From Octopus sinensis (taxonomy: Eukaryota): a DNA stretch of 64,000 nucleotides. The stretch lies in NCBI RefSeq assembly GCF_006345805.1, contig NC_043003.1:112778001-112842000 (forward strand), in the 5' to 3' direction. Positions 14,956 to 27,559 of the stretch are shown one piece after another. Each line of letters starts with the position of its first letter. Position 1 is the stretch's first letter. The notes beneath the pieces were generated by a model. The model saw only the letters and a program-made list of their open reading frames with translations, was not told the origin of the DNA and did no database searches. Position numbers and translations under genes: made by a program.

Positions 14956-15060
14956 AAAGTGTGGTAAAAGTGTGGCCAAGACACAAGAGAAAAAAGATCG
15001 CATGATATTCAAACGGTTTCAGGATGACTATTGTTGTTGCATATCTAATTATTTTTTTTT

Positions 15061-15452
15061 TATTTTATCTAGTTTCAGCTCACGAGCTGTGGCCATGCTG
15101 GGGAACCGCCATCTATGACGTTTATTGTTCTCGTTTTAGGTGAAACTCTGCTAACTAGCTGCCTCATTATATATATGCTGCTGAGACCTCGTTCGGTCAT
15201 GACTGACAATGGGATTGCACCTAGAACGTTACCCTCCCAGGCACAAGTCCGAGCAAGTTTGTTTATGGAGAACGAGCAATCGCCCATGCATACCGGCCTC
15301 CCCTCTCCACGCCACCAGTGTTATCCAAGGGAAAGACAAAGGGGCCGATACAATTTGGTACCTATGACCTCGCAGCTCATTTCTACAGCTGAATGAACTG
15401 GAGCAATGTGAAATAAAGTGTCTTGCTCAAGGATACAACACGCAGCTCGGTG
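15061..15452 (-). mobile_element. SINE body on the minus strand, head cut off by the adjacent PLE fragment
   Basis: Reverse complement reads gtgttgtatccttgagcaagacactttatttcacattgctccagttcattcagctgtagaaatgag, a central-domain motif typical of metazoan tRNA-SINEs. Confidence 0.65.
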
Positions 15453-16920
15453 TATCTGGTTCGTAATACCTTTCGGAAAACAAATTAAATCGAACCTTCC
15501 CTTACAGTTCCGTGAAGCTGTTGCTAGGAACTTTCCCAGAAATTCTAGATATCAGTCTATTATCAATTCCCACATAGTCAGAATCGCTTTCTCTAACACT
15601 AGGAATCTTTCACAAATTATATCTTCCCACAATACCAAGCTGCTAAACAAAGATTCTTCACCCGGGAGTTCCAACACTAATCTTGCTAATTCCAACCCAT
15701 CATACAATCATAATAATAGGAATAGTATTAATAGTAACAGCATTGGTAGCAGCGAAAGTGTTAACAATGATAATATTAATAATAGTATGAGTCGTGTTAA
15801 TAACAATGGTAGTGTTGATGGTAACAACAATAACGGTATTATTGTCGGTGGTATTACTGGTTGTATTAACATTAATAATACTAATAATAATAGAAATAGT
15901 GTAGTTGTTGGCGCTAATAATAATATTAACAACAATCATAACAATAAAAACTTCGTTTCGATCTCGGAGGACAACCCCAACAGAATTAAATTTTTGTCTA
16001 GTAATTCTAAGATTAAGAATTCTATTAACCAGTGTAGAATTTCTTCCGGTACCGATGTCTTCTTCTATATAGGAGCGTCCACTTTCCAGTTATCCAAGAG
16101 AATTTCAAACCATTATTCAACATTCAGGGATAGTAAAAAACGACGTAGTACAGGGCTAAGTAAATTAGTTTGGCGTCTTAAAGACAACAATATAAATTTC
16201 AAGTTAGATTGGTTCATACTGTCTGTATCCTTTCCTTTTGATAAGGGCAGGAGATTTTGTAACATTTGCAACTCTGAACTCTTCCATACTCTCTTCTCTA
16301 AGGTTCCCCTAGTAAACACACTCATAGAAAAATCATACAAATGTAAACACTGGCAGAAACATACTTTCTACTCATATAAATGATAACGATAGTCACTGTG
16401 GTTTGAACAATTAGCTTTACGTCCACCCCACTTCTATAGCGAAATTCTTTCCTAACCCTTCGAACATTCTTTCAATCAACGTACCCTTCCCTCTCCACTT
16501 GTTCCCTACCGATTATTCCTTTAACCCTTCTCTTCCTACTATCTATCTTTGACGTCAATTCTTCTAACGGTTTTTATAAAAAACATTCATTTTCGTTTTG
16601 TTTACCATGTAGGCAGTCATCGAAATTTTTGTTTGTCTTGTCGAGAGAGGCTCCCTTTCTTTCTTGATCAGAAGATTGCATAATGCACCCTTTATTCCTT
16701 TGGAATGAAAACATGTTGTCTTCGAAACATATGTCGAGAGTAAAGGAATTTTGTTAACATCTTTGTTCGACTCCATTCTTTCATTTATTCATATACAACA
16801 CACAAATTTCTGCACATGAACGCGGAGTTTCTACCCTTGGACAGGTCGCTTCAACCGTGTTTCTGACGTGAATTTGCTACCCAGGTTTCGGTTAAACGAA
16901 TTTTCCATGCTGACGATAAA
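15452..16920 (+). mobile_element. Penelope-like element 3' module: open GIY-YIG endonuclease frame with Asn-rich linker, 3' UTR and HHR-like motif; no RT present
   Basis: IWFVIPFG...IISSHNTKLLNK, then INQC...FYIG...SKRISNH...LSKLVW...CNICNSELF...LVNT...CKHWQK. Open frame to the stop at 16383; about 66% aa identity over 134 aa to the 39757-40470 ORF (hand count). Confidence 0.85.
16660..16740 (+). ncRNA. Degenerate type I hammerhead ribozyme motif
   Basis: Stem I ctttc/gagag; core TTGATCA (two deviations from CUGANGA); stem II GAAGA/TCTTC; GAAA; palindromic stem III ACATATGT; GUC site. Homologous to 41346-41431. Confidence 0.55.
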
Positions 16921-16946
16921 CATAGGATAATTCATTCACGTATTTA

Positions 16947-17036
<90 letters not shown>

Positions 17037-17250
17037 CGCCATGATAGATCGTTAGCTACTACACACATTTTTTCTCTCTCCTTCTTTCTCTCCTTGTTTT
17101 TTTCTGTGTCCCTTTCTGTAGAAGAGCGTAGGCTCGAAACGTAATAGACTTTTTCTTCCTGAGCGTTATACTAATACATCTGTTTGTTTTGTACACCACC
17201 TGTCTTCGTCTTTTGTTTTTTTTGTAAACTCTGCCTATATATATATACAT
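17037..17250 (+). mobile_element. PLE-terminus-like short repeat, copy 1, with HHR-like motif at 17112-17147
   Basis: ctttCTGTAGAagagcgtaggctcGAAACGTAatag; homologous copies at about 17960-18180 and 37275-37440; flanked by (TA)n. Confidence 0.65.
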
Positions 17251-17314
17251 GTATGTATGTGTGTTGTGTGTATGTATGTATGTATGTATGTATGTATATA
17301 TGCATGTATGTATG

Positions 17315-17353
<39 letters not shown>

Positions 17354-17915
17354 TATATAGTATATATATATATATATATATAGGGATGAAAACAAGAAGA
17401 AAAGGGAGTACAAATGGATGTAATTACTGACTTATTTGCAGTTGTAGAAAGATTATGTTTTGTTTAAAACTCCGCTCTTTTTGAACCCCGAAGAAGTCCA
17501 ACCATAAAATAGTATGAATGTAGCAATTTCCTTAACATTAAACAACATGATTTGGAGATTCCCATCCCCTTATTTGTTTGACAGAAACATGTATATGTAG
17601 GTTCTTATGTTTGTTAGGGGAAGGGGGCTTTTTCTTAAAGTTTTTTTTTTTACCTTTCAACTTCCAAATTTATTTGAAATGATTTTTAAAGAAACACCAT
17701 CGTCTTACAAAATGCAAATAAATCAGTAATTACATACATTTATTCACCATTTTCTCCTTGTTTTTCCCTCAATATTAATAATTTCAATAATCCTAAACAT
17801 ATACAAATGACTTTACTATCTTATGATGCGGATTGAACCAATGGAATACCTTGGATTATATAATCCCTAATGAAGACTAAACTTTCTCGCATTAACCATA
17901 TATATATAATATATA

Positions 17916-17948
<33 letters not shown>

Positions 17949-17959
17949 ATATATATATA

Positions 17960-18179
17960 TATAATATAACGGAAGCTTTATGAAAATAAACAAAAGACGA
18001 AGGCAGGTGGTACAAACAAACAATTGTATTAGTATGGCGCTCAGGAATATAAATAAAACAAGTCTTTTACGTTTCGAGCCTACGCTCTTCAACAGAAAGA
18101 TACACAGAAAAGGAACACGGAGAGAAAGAAGGAGAGAAAAAAGGAGAGAAAAAATGCGTGTAGAAGCTAGCGATTCAAC

Positions 18180-18180
<1 letters not shown>
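17960..18180 (-). mobile_element. PLE-terminus-like short repeat, copy 2, with HHR-like motif at 18064-18099
   Basis: Reverse complement: ctttCTGTTGAagagcgtaggctcGAAACGTAaaag. Confidence 0.65.
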
Positions 18181-18249
<69 letters not shown>

Positions 18250-18256
18250 TATACAT

Positions 18257-18287
<31 letters not shown>

Positions 18288-18307
18288 GCACACGCATATA
18301 TGTGTGT

Positions 18308-18347
<40 letters not shown>

Positions 18348-18880
18348 CGGTGTGCGTGTGTAAGTTTCAGGATTTCTTTTTTATATTTTGTTACACAGAA
18401 ATCATCATGGTCATCGGCGTCGTCATCGTCGTCACCATCACGAATGTCATCATTATCGTCATCATCCACAGCAACGAATACAGCAGCGTCAACAGTATCA
18501 ACAGCATCAGTATTAATATCAGCAACATTATCGCCATCACCACCTATCATCATCACCAGTACCATCATCATTATCATCTTCATTATCAGTAGCAGTAACA
18601 CAAACAGCAATAGCAGCGGACGCAGCAGCACCGATAGAGCACATGGGGATATAAACATGATTAGAATAAAGTCAAATTCGGTTAACGTCAAATGAAATTA
18701 AATGAAACGTTTCGGTTTTGTGTGTGTAGGTTTTGATTTTTGTAAAATTGATTTGTAATGAAAACAAACATATCGCGTGTCTTACGTCAGGTAGGTGCAC
18801 TTGGGGGCACCAAAGCATGTATAACACTACAGCAACTGTATATGATGAACACAGTTTGAAATGGTCATAAAATATATAAT

Positions 18881-19323
18881 GGATCTTTTCGGTTTGAACG
18901 GCAGTTTTTAACATAATTTCTAGGTAACTAAAAATTTTTAACTTCGTATACTGGTAGGATGTGTTTATAAAACATCTTTTTCTCTTGGCTTTATTGAGAA
19001 AATTCTATAGTTTGTAAGATATTTGTTGTTTTTTTTCCTTCCATTTCTGCAATTTCAACCAATCAATGACGTCTATTGAGTTAAAAAGCATTCTGTGCCG
19101 TATGAATATGTCCCTCGTTTAAGAAACAGATTGGGTTTATTTACATTTGGGAAGAAAAAAAGATACCCTTCCCCCCACCCCTAACCCTAACTAGCCCTAA
19201 CCAACCCTATTCTAACCCTAAAACAGATTGAAATGCAATAGATCGATACCAGGGTCATAATTATAGGTGGCAATTTCATATGACACCGCTAGAAAAAAAC
19301 TGCCGTTCAAACCGAAAAGATCC
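18881..19323. mobile_element. MITE copy 1 (28-bp TIR GGATCTTTTCGGTTTGAACGGCAGTTTT; 8-bp TSD TATATAAT; internal CCCTAA repeats)
   Basis: Perfect TIRs and an identical 8-mer on both flanks. Confidence 0.9.
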
Positions 19324-19699
19324 TATATAATAAATATATAAATGTAATTTATTTCTTATTACTTCATTAGTAAGTATCGATAACGCGTCAAAGAAAATGC
19401 TTCGCGGTACTTACTCTGAATCTTCATGTTGTGAGTTCAGATCAGGCCCGGGTCAAGTTCGCCGAAACTCGGAACACACACATTACCGTTGCACGTTGCT
19501 CCATTTCAATCAGCTGCCGAAAACGAGTATTTCCTGTGACGGGCTGACGTCCCGTCCAAGATAGAATATATATGCGCCACGGATATATTCTGCGTTCAGA
19601 TCAGGTCCGGGCCAAGTTCGCCGAGATTCGGAACACACACATTTACTGAAACACTCCCCTATACACATGCGTGCGTATACATGAATATAAATGTTGGTT

Positions 19700-19830
19700 T
19701 CAAATTTTGGCACAAGGGTAGTAATTTCAAGGGAGGGGGATAAGTCGTTTACGTAGATCCCAGTTTTGCACTGGTACTTATTTAATCGACCCAGAAAGGA
19801 TGGCAGGCAAAGTCAACCTCGGCGGAATAC
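19700..19830 (-). mobile_element. tRNA-derived SINE fragment
   Basis: ggtacttatttaatcgacccagaaaggatggcaggcaaagtcaacctcggcggaat; shared with 26315 and 59835. Confidence 0.75.
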
Positions 19831-20113
19831 TTTTTTTTTATATAGTTCAACAGTTTCACCTTTTATAAGAATTCTAAATCCGAAACTAAACAAAAAGAAA
19901 AGTATTCAATATCTAAAACAGTCAACAATTTAAAATATCCCCCTTTTACGAGAAAAAATGGGTAAAACTCCCTTCAGTGTCATATAAACGCAAAAGGTCA
20001 GTTTCCCGGTTTCCGTGGTGCATATATTTTCCGCCTTGGGTGGAACACAAGTCCGTCGCAGAAAATAGTGTGTTTGTGTGTGTGCACGCGGGGTGGTGCA
20101 TTATATACGTATG

Positions 20114-20215
<102 letters not shown>

Positions 20216-20901
20216 CACTCACATGAGTAAGTGAAAAAAGCGAAAGAAAGTAGCATACATCACATTTGATTGGAGTTATATATACTTAATAACAGTTTGA
20301 CAACTCAGCTCAGCATTACTTAAAGTTTCGTGGGCATGGAACATTTCTAGATTATTGGATGTTTGAGTAGAGGGTGAAGAGAATTTCAAAGAAATGTCAA
20401 ATGGCTTCTAGATAAGGGTATATAGGTTTCCATTAGGTTCAGATAATGTGATTATTGAAATAATTTTAGTGACATCAAATTTTTCTCTCGAAGCTTCATT
20501 TAGCAAAGCAGACAGGATGTCAAAAGTCAGTTTGTTGACATTCTACGTTAATGGTGTAAGTACTATGAATTAAACTTTCAGTGGAATTTAAAACTGCATC
20601 ACAGTGTCTCACTATGCCCAAAGACTTAAAATTTGTTCCACAAGACTTGTTAACATTTTGTAAATTAGTATTTACAGGTTGGTACATTGGCAGAATTGTT
20701 AGAGCCCTATAATAAATCCATTAGTATTGACCATATTCACGTTCTGTCTCGAATCTCTGAAAGGTCAGCATATATATAGTATTATATATGCATAACGTCG
20801 AATTGAAAGGTAAACTCTACTCGTCATACTTCGGGTTTGCTCAATAAAATAAGTTACCCGTCATGCATGGAGCAAATTTGATCGATTACGCAGGTGAATA
20901 C

Positions 20902-21021
20902 CAGAATTCTTCATGTAATTGATTACGACGGGGAATCCCGACGATTTTTTTTCGTACAGCTCACGCTGTCTGAGTTGATGATCGTGTACAACCCAACGGC
21001 CACAGTATTCATGTGTAGGGT
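20902..21021 (-). CDS. Candidate internal exon (120 nt, phase 1-1) of a CUB-like-domain protein: (N)PTHEYCGRWVVHDHQLRQRELYEKKSSGFPVVINYMKNS
   Basis: Acceptor tttttaattttgtaatactgatag|, donor tctg|gtattc; length divisible by 3; CpG-retaining complex sequence; YCG and S.G-like motifs of the second half of a CUB domain. Confidence 0.5.
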
Positions 21022-21229
21022 CTATCAGTATTACAAAATTAAAAATGCGATAAAGATGGAGCAATAGCAGGACTCGTACGTCATCGTGTAACGTTCCTGA
21101 ATTTATTTTGGAGGACAATGTAAGTAAAATCAGGTGTCTATGGAAGGAATCGAAACTAAATCGTTGACTACTCTGAAAGAGATTTCAGAAAAGCAGAGGC
21201 ACGAGTGGGCTGGCGGCAAGGATATATAT

Positions 21230-21442
21230 ATATGTTGGTATATGTAAACGTAAGTGTGTGTTTGTGCGTTTGTGTGAGTATGTTGTGTGTCTCAATATGT
21301 TATTGTGTATGTGTGTATGTGTGTATGCCTGTGTGTGTGTATGTGCACTTGTGTACGCCAATATGTATCTGTGTGACTGTACATACGTGTTTTTTTTCAG
21401 TGGGCGTATGTGATTCTGTTTGTGTAAGTGTGTGTATGCATG

Positions 21443-21475
<33 letters not shown>

Positions 21476-22560
21476 GGTGTTTAATTTGAATGGTGACAAC
21501 ATTTTCTGTGTGTATGACGTCACCATGTACTGGCGAAGGTAGGAATGTGTGCACATGCATGCGTATGTATGATGTATGCATGTATGCATGAACGTGCGTA
21601 TATATGTGTATATGTTGTGTCTGCTTTTGAATCTATATGTTTGCATGGTGTGACTTTGCGATGAAACTATGTATGTGAATATTTTAGCATGTGTGCGATA
21701 ATTCTCTGAGTATGTGGGCGTAATCCTCTACCTAATACGTATCTGTTCAGCAATATTGATGTGTTATATATGTGTGCGTCCGTGTGAGTGTATGTGTGTG
21801 TGTGTGTGTGTGTGCAACAAGTGCTTGCATGTATGTTTCTATATCTCTATGAAATTATGCATATGTAAATATATCATCATGGTTACTTGTGTGTATATAT
21901 TTACGCTTCTATCATAGAGGATATGTGCGCTATGTATGTGTACGCGCGCATATATGTATATGCGTTTGTAGTTATATATGTGTATATACTTGAATGAGTG
22001 TGTGTGTGCATGAACGCATGTACATATGTGTTTCTATCTGCAAAATGTGTATGTGTAAACGTATGAATATATATATATATATATGTTATGTATATGTGTG
22101 CTACGCTTCTGTCATTGAGAGTATGTGTAAACGTGATTGCGTGTTTTTGCGTGTTTTTGCGTGTATGTGCGTTTGTGTGCACGAGCGCATATAAGTATAT
22201 GTGTTCGTATCTATATGTGTGTGTATATGTGTTCGAATGTCTGCGTAGGGGTCTGTGTTTCTGTGCATCTATTTCAGTCATGTAAGCAGCACGTGTGTGA
22301 GTGGTATTCACATCATTAATACAGCTATCTTTATGCATATATATAGACATATGTAGTGTGTGCACGCGTGTCGGTATGTCTACGCTGCAAGTATGCATGT
22401 GTGTGTTTGTGTAGGTGTGTGTATGAATGTCTTTAGTATGCGTGTATACACGATGGCTCCTATAGCTGTGCGCATGAACGTCATGTGTTCCCGTGTGTTT
22501 GTGTATAATTGTATGTGTTCGTGCGTGTGTCTGTGTGCGTGCAAATGTGTGGTTTTGTAA
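21230..22560. repeat. Decayed (TG/TA)n low-complexity region
   Basis: Direct reading. Confidence 0.8.
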
Positions 22561-22705
22561 GAGCGAGTATAAGTAAATAAGGGAGACAACAACGTGTTGT
22601 TTGTCAATAAGCCGATAACAGAAATCATAGAAATGTCGATATTAACATTCTTCTTTTCTCACTGTTTCTGTCACATCCTCTCTGTCTTACTGTCACTCTG
22701 TCTTA

Positions 22706-22743
<38 letters not shown>

Positions 22744-23103
22744 TTATTTATTTACAGCTCTCCCACACTCTTTCCACCCCTCTTCATCTCTGTTATTCAC
22801 ACTCTTTCACTCTCTGTCTCACACTACACCTCTCGCTCATTTATTCTCTATTTCTAGCTCTCTTATTTTTCTTCTTTATCGCTCTCTTACACTATTTTTC
22901 ACCCCTTTGTCAATCTTTCTCTTATTCACTTTCAATTACTCTTTATCACTCTCTCTTTCTCTCTCTCCCTTTCTCATTTCATCTATCTATCTCTAATTCA
23001 CTCTCTCTTTTTAATGCGCTCTCTCTCTCTCTCTCTCAATGTGTGTGTGCGCGCGTTTATATACGTGTTTGACCACGTGCATGTATAAGAGACAGAGAGA
23101 GAG

Positions 23104-24300
23104 AAGGATAACTGGCGGATGGTTCGAATCTTTGCTAAGCAAAGATTCGAACCATCCGCCAGTTATCCTTAGGAACTTAGTCAGCAATGTAGGTGGAATA
23201 ATATCTTCAATTTCTTCGGACGAGGCAGCATTCCATAATGCTGCACCTTATTACGATAGCGCATTAAAGAATAGTGGATTCTCTGAGAAGATCCAATACA
23301 ACCAGCTTAATGCTGATAATAATGCTGCATGAAGACCTAGGACCAGGAATGTTTTGTGGTTCAACCCGGCTTTCAATTTGGCCGTAAAGACTAATATAGG
23401 TAAGGAATTTTTGAAATTAGTCTCTGGGCATTTTAAGCAGGACCATAAATTCTATAGGATATTTAATAGAAGAACACTGAAGGTTAGCTATTCTTGTTGC
23501 AAAAATTTCGCCTCTAACATTAGCCAGCATAATAGGAATCTGATTGTTATTAAACATGGTGCCGAGCCCATTAAGAAATGCAATTTCAAAAATGAATTCT
23601 TCTGTCCGTTGGAAGGGAAACGTCTAGTAAAAGGGGTAGTTTATTGAGCCAAGGTACAAATAGAAGGCTCATCGGAATACAAGACATATACAGGGGCTTC
23701 AGAAAATTCGTTTAAAACGCGATTTTATTCGCATAAAATTCATTTAGATACCCAGAAAATAGGAAGAGGACCAGCCTAGCAAAATATGTCAGGGAACTAA
23801 AAGAAAAGGAAACCCCACCTTTCAACGTGACATGGAGCATTCTGGATAGAGCGGCACCATACAGACATGGAGCACACAAGAATAATTTTCAATGCAATCT
23901 TTGCCTGTAAGAGAAACTTTATATTTTATTCAAAGACAATAATTCTTTGAATCAAAGAAGTGAGCTGATGAACTTATGCAAGCACGCAACCAAATTTAAA
24001 ATGTCAAACATAAATATACCATATGGATAGAGTATAAATTTGTCTTTTTGTATTTTTGATTTTTGAAATTTTTATTTTGATTCTTAGACTAGTATGTAAA
24101 CGCAACGATGGATTTGTTTCGCGCTATGCAGATTTCATTCCGTATAGCAACGTCTCATGCATATATTTTGTTTATTTTGTTTATATTTCTACATATTCTT
24201 TGGGAAAAACCTTCGGCTTAGTTTATTTCATGTTATTATATTGTATAGGCTTACTTTGATTTTTAATTTATAGATGATCCGAAATGTCTTTCGTATAATT
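23104..24300 (+). mobile_element. 5'-truncated Penelope-like element (RT C-terminus plus GIY-YIG) with a 33-bp 5' fold-back
   Basis: DSNHPPVILRNL...AAPYYDSALKNSG, WFNPAFNLAVKTNIGKEFLKL, CPLEGKRLVKGVVY, KTYTG, CNLCL*EK, LNQRSELMNLCKH; several stops and frameshifts. Confidence 0.9.
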
Positions 24301-25104
24301 TTTATTATTACTCTCACCATTTTTTTTAAAAAAGCAATGTTGTCAAAAACTAGAATTTTGATGTAAATATGTGTATAGCCATGGATATGTATTTGTAAGC
24401 ATGCGTCTCTGTGTATGTGTAAGTGAGCGTATGTTTGTACTTAAGCACACACATACACGATTGTATGTGTATGTATCCACTTGAACTTGTGTGTTTGCGT
24501 ACTTGTCTCTATATATGTGTCAATATACGTGGTTACACAGTTTGTATACATAATTTTTCTTTTTTCGTTTTTCCCCACCCCTCCTTTCTTTCTTCTTTTT
24601 TCCTTCCCCTTTTTTCTTTTTTCTCTCTCTTCCTTTCTTTCGTTTTTTCTCTACCTATCCGATACTTGTATAGATTCATGTAACTTTACGTCCCCCCTCC
24701 CTTACTCATGTCTTAAACTTTGCATCGTAAATAAGAACGCTACTTCCCCATCCATGATTTTAGCTTGCGTGCGAACTAGATTGCGTATACATATGTATAC
24801 ATGCATTTGTGTGTATATTTTAGCTTTATATTTATATTTTAGCTTTATATTTGTACGTCTGTGTATGTATGTGGTTTGCACGCATCTATCTGTGTATGTT
24901 GATATATATGTATAGTTTAATATGAATATGTACTGCCATGTAATATTTTAATGCATTTTAACATTTTAATTTCAATTCCCATGTATTAATTATATGTCCT
25001 TCATTAAGGTCAATATATATATTTTATTCAATGTAAGGTTTTTTCTCGAATTTTATAATTTTTATAATTTTTATATATATATATATTTTGTTTTAGCTCA
25101 TTTT

Positions 25105-25312
25105 TGTTTATCGCTCGAAAATTGACCGTTATTTCTTAAGGGCCAATCAAACAAGTCCATTTTTAAAGGTGTAGCGTTTGTAATAGTCTGGATAGAATTG
25201 ACATATCGGTTCCATTCTAGCAAAAACTGTCCGATGAACGGCAACGGGAACGGCAATGGGAAACTCAGAGTAACAGGTTTTGTTGAATTTTCTGCTGCTT
25301 TAAATAAAGTAA
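25105..25312 (+). mobile_element. PLE-terminal repeat with HHR-like motif (25227-25276; CCGAUGA core, 12-bp duplication in stem II)
   Basis: ctgtCCGATGAacggcaacgggaacggcaatggGAAactcagagtAacag; same family as 55607-55760. Confidence 0.7.
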
Positions 25313-25382
25313 TATATTATATAATATGTATATATATATTATATATCTATATATATATATATATATAATATATTATATATAT

Positions 25383-25415
<33 letters not shown>

Positions 25416-25559
25416 CAAGCATTATTTATGGGATATTTTTAATTGCATGAACTAAAAGTCGGAGAGGGACGGGATAAACACCTGAATCAACTTACTATAA
25501 ATGTAGGTAGTAATTTTGCCTGGTATACTTATTCTTTATGCAAGTTTTGAAGAGTGCAG

Positions 25560-26276
25560 TTCGATTTTAACAGTCATTTTTTCAAAGCTGTAATGTAAGT
25601 GATTAAGGAGTATATTCGAGATATTTTACTTTATGAGTTCAATAAAGGCAACAACGCAACGGAAAGTGGGAGGAATATTAATGCGGTATATGGGGATCGG
25701 ATAATAATCGTAAGCCAATGTGAAATGTGGTTCCAGACATTCCGAACCGGAAACTACACCCTAGAAGACGAGCTTCGTCCTCGAAGATCTTTGGAGCTCG
25801 ACGAAGACGTCCTGCAAACCCTTGTGGAAACAAAATCCCATCGTAAGTGTTGAGGAATTAGCAGAGAAGCTTGGGTCTGGTCGTTCAACCATTCATTGAT
25901 ACCTGCGCTAGAAGAAAAACGACTATCTTTAGTTTCAAGACGAAAAGTGTTCTTCCATCAGGATAATGTTTGGCCACATACAGCAAGGATGATATTCCAA
26001 AGGCCGGAGTAGTTTGAATGGGAAACGATGTCCCACTCACCATATTGTTGAACATTGCTCCATCTGATTATCATTTATTCCTCAGTCCTCAAAATCATTT
26101 AGACGGAAAAAATATGAATTCTGTAGATGAGATCATAACGATACTGGAGGAGTATTTTTCGTCACGTACAAGTGAATCTTGGAAGAGGAGCCTTGCAAAT
26201 CTACCCGATAATGGAAGAGCATTGAAAAATACAGAAGTATTTTAAAAAACCGCATTATTTATGGGATAATCCAATG
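25560..26276 (+). mobile_element. Internally deleted mariner remnant with 3' TIR
   Basis: IRDILLYEFNKGNNATE...WFQTFRTGNYTLEDE (HTH region) joined to HQDNVWPH...APSDYHLF; TIR-like ccgcattatttatgggataatccaat at the 3' end. Confidence 0.88.
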
Positions 26277-26314
26277 TGATGTTAATGTTTGTTTCTATAT
26301 CCAGCTATAATTTG

Positions 26315-26490
26315 GGTGAAGGGGACTAGTCGATTACATCTACCTCAATGTTTTACTGGTACTTAATTCATTGACCCCGAAAGGATGAAATGCAAAGTCG
26401 ACCGCGGCGGAATTGAACTCAGAAGGTAATGACAAACGAAATATAGCGAAGCATTTTGCCAGCTGTGCTAACGACTCTGCCAGCTCACCA
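26315..26490 (-). mobile_element. tRNA-derived SINE
   Basis: ggtacttaattcattgaccccgaaaggatgaaatgcaaagtcgaccgcggcggaattgaactcagaa. Confidence 0.75.
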
Positions 26491-26648
26491 AGCAATTTTG
26501 CTTTTATTAAACTAAAGGATCACTCTGTACATTTTATAGAGTATAAATTTGACTTGTTTTGTTTCTTTTAGAATATTGTTGATAGTGACCTCCGAAGTTT
26601 CGACTTGCTTAAGACTGCATATAATGTAATATTATAATTATATATATA

Positions 26649-26690
<42 letters not shown>

Positions 26691-26771
26691 GTGCGCGTGT
26701 GTGTGTGTATGTATGTATGTATGTATGTATGTATGTATGTATGTATGTATGTATGTATGTATGTATGTATA

Positions 26772-26905
26772 TGGCTGTGTAGTAAGAAGCTTGCTATCCA
26801 ACCCTATGGTTTGGGCTTCATTACATGGCACTTTGGGCAAGTGTCTTCTACTATAGCCCCAGGCCGACCAAAGCCTTGTGAGTGGATTTGGTTGATGGAA
26901 AAACG
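26772..26905 (+). mobile_element. tRNA-derived SINE following (TATG)n
   Basis: ggctgtgtagtaagaagcttgct...gggcaagtgtcttctactatagccccaggccgaccaaagccttgtgagtggatttgg. Confidence 0.8.
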
Positions 26906-27459
26906 CTGTAGAATTCTATGTAAAGCTTGACATCATACAGTGGCAATTCTCCTATTACATCAGGAATCCCATACTATCCGTAGAGTTTATATAAGTAGAT
27001 AAATGATAGAAAATGAAATGGACGGCATTCTTTATTTTAAATCAGTACAATTGTTTCGACAGAGTTTTACACTTGTAGTACATTACTGACATGCTGTTTA
27101 ATCATTAGCAGCCATTCAAGGTGTAAAATGCGCCTCCTCAAGTGACTGTTTAAATAAGACCTTTGTTAGATCCTACCGTCTTTCACTCAGTATAAGAATG
27201 CATACCTAAAGTGGTGTGCCATTTCCAGCAGTTTACAGACAAAAACTAAACCCATAGATATAGTGACTGACACGATATAATCAAAATACAAAATACAGAA
27301 ATTAAGAAACTGTAGAAAACTAAAAGTGTCTGGTTAACAATAAATTACAATTCTGTCTATATGATCAGATAATAAGGAAGAAAGTGTTAAACGGAATAAA
27401 CAATAAAGTGAAGAAAAAGATTAAGAATTTAAAGATACTCAAGTGATAAAGCGATGAAG

Positions 27460-27559
27460 NNNNNNNNNNNNNNNNNNNNNNNNNNNNNNNNNNNNNNNNN
27501 NNNNNNNNNNNNNNNNNNNNNNNNNNNNNNNNNNNNNNNNNNNNNNNNNNNNNNNNNNN
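27460..27559. other. 100-N scaffold gap
   Basis: Exactly 100 Ns, a fixed-size placeholder. Confidence 0.99.

Noticed and set aside
19431-19650. Two similar segments of about 55 bp, 159 bp apart (gttcagatcagg…cggaacacacacatt)
   Set aside because: Resemble decayed SINE heads; only two copies, so not an array.
27139-27153. 15-mer aagtgactgtttaaa shared with about 62267 (LxKxxFKQSL in both)
   Set aside because: Expected by chance in this much AT-rich sequence; the 27139 copy has a stop nearby and no pyrimidine tract.
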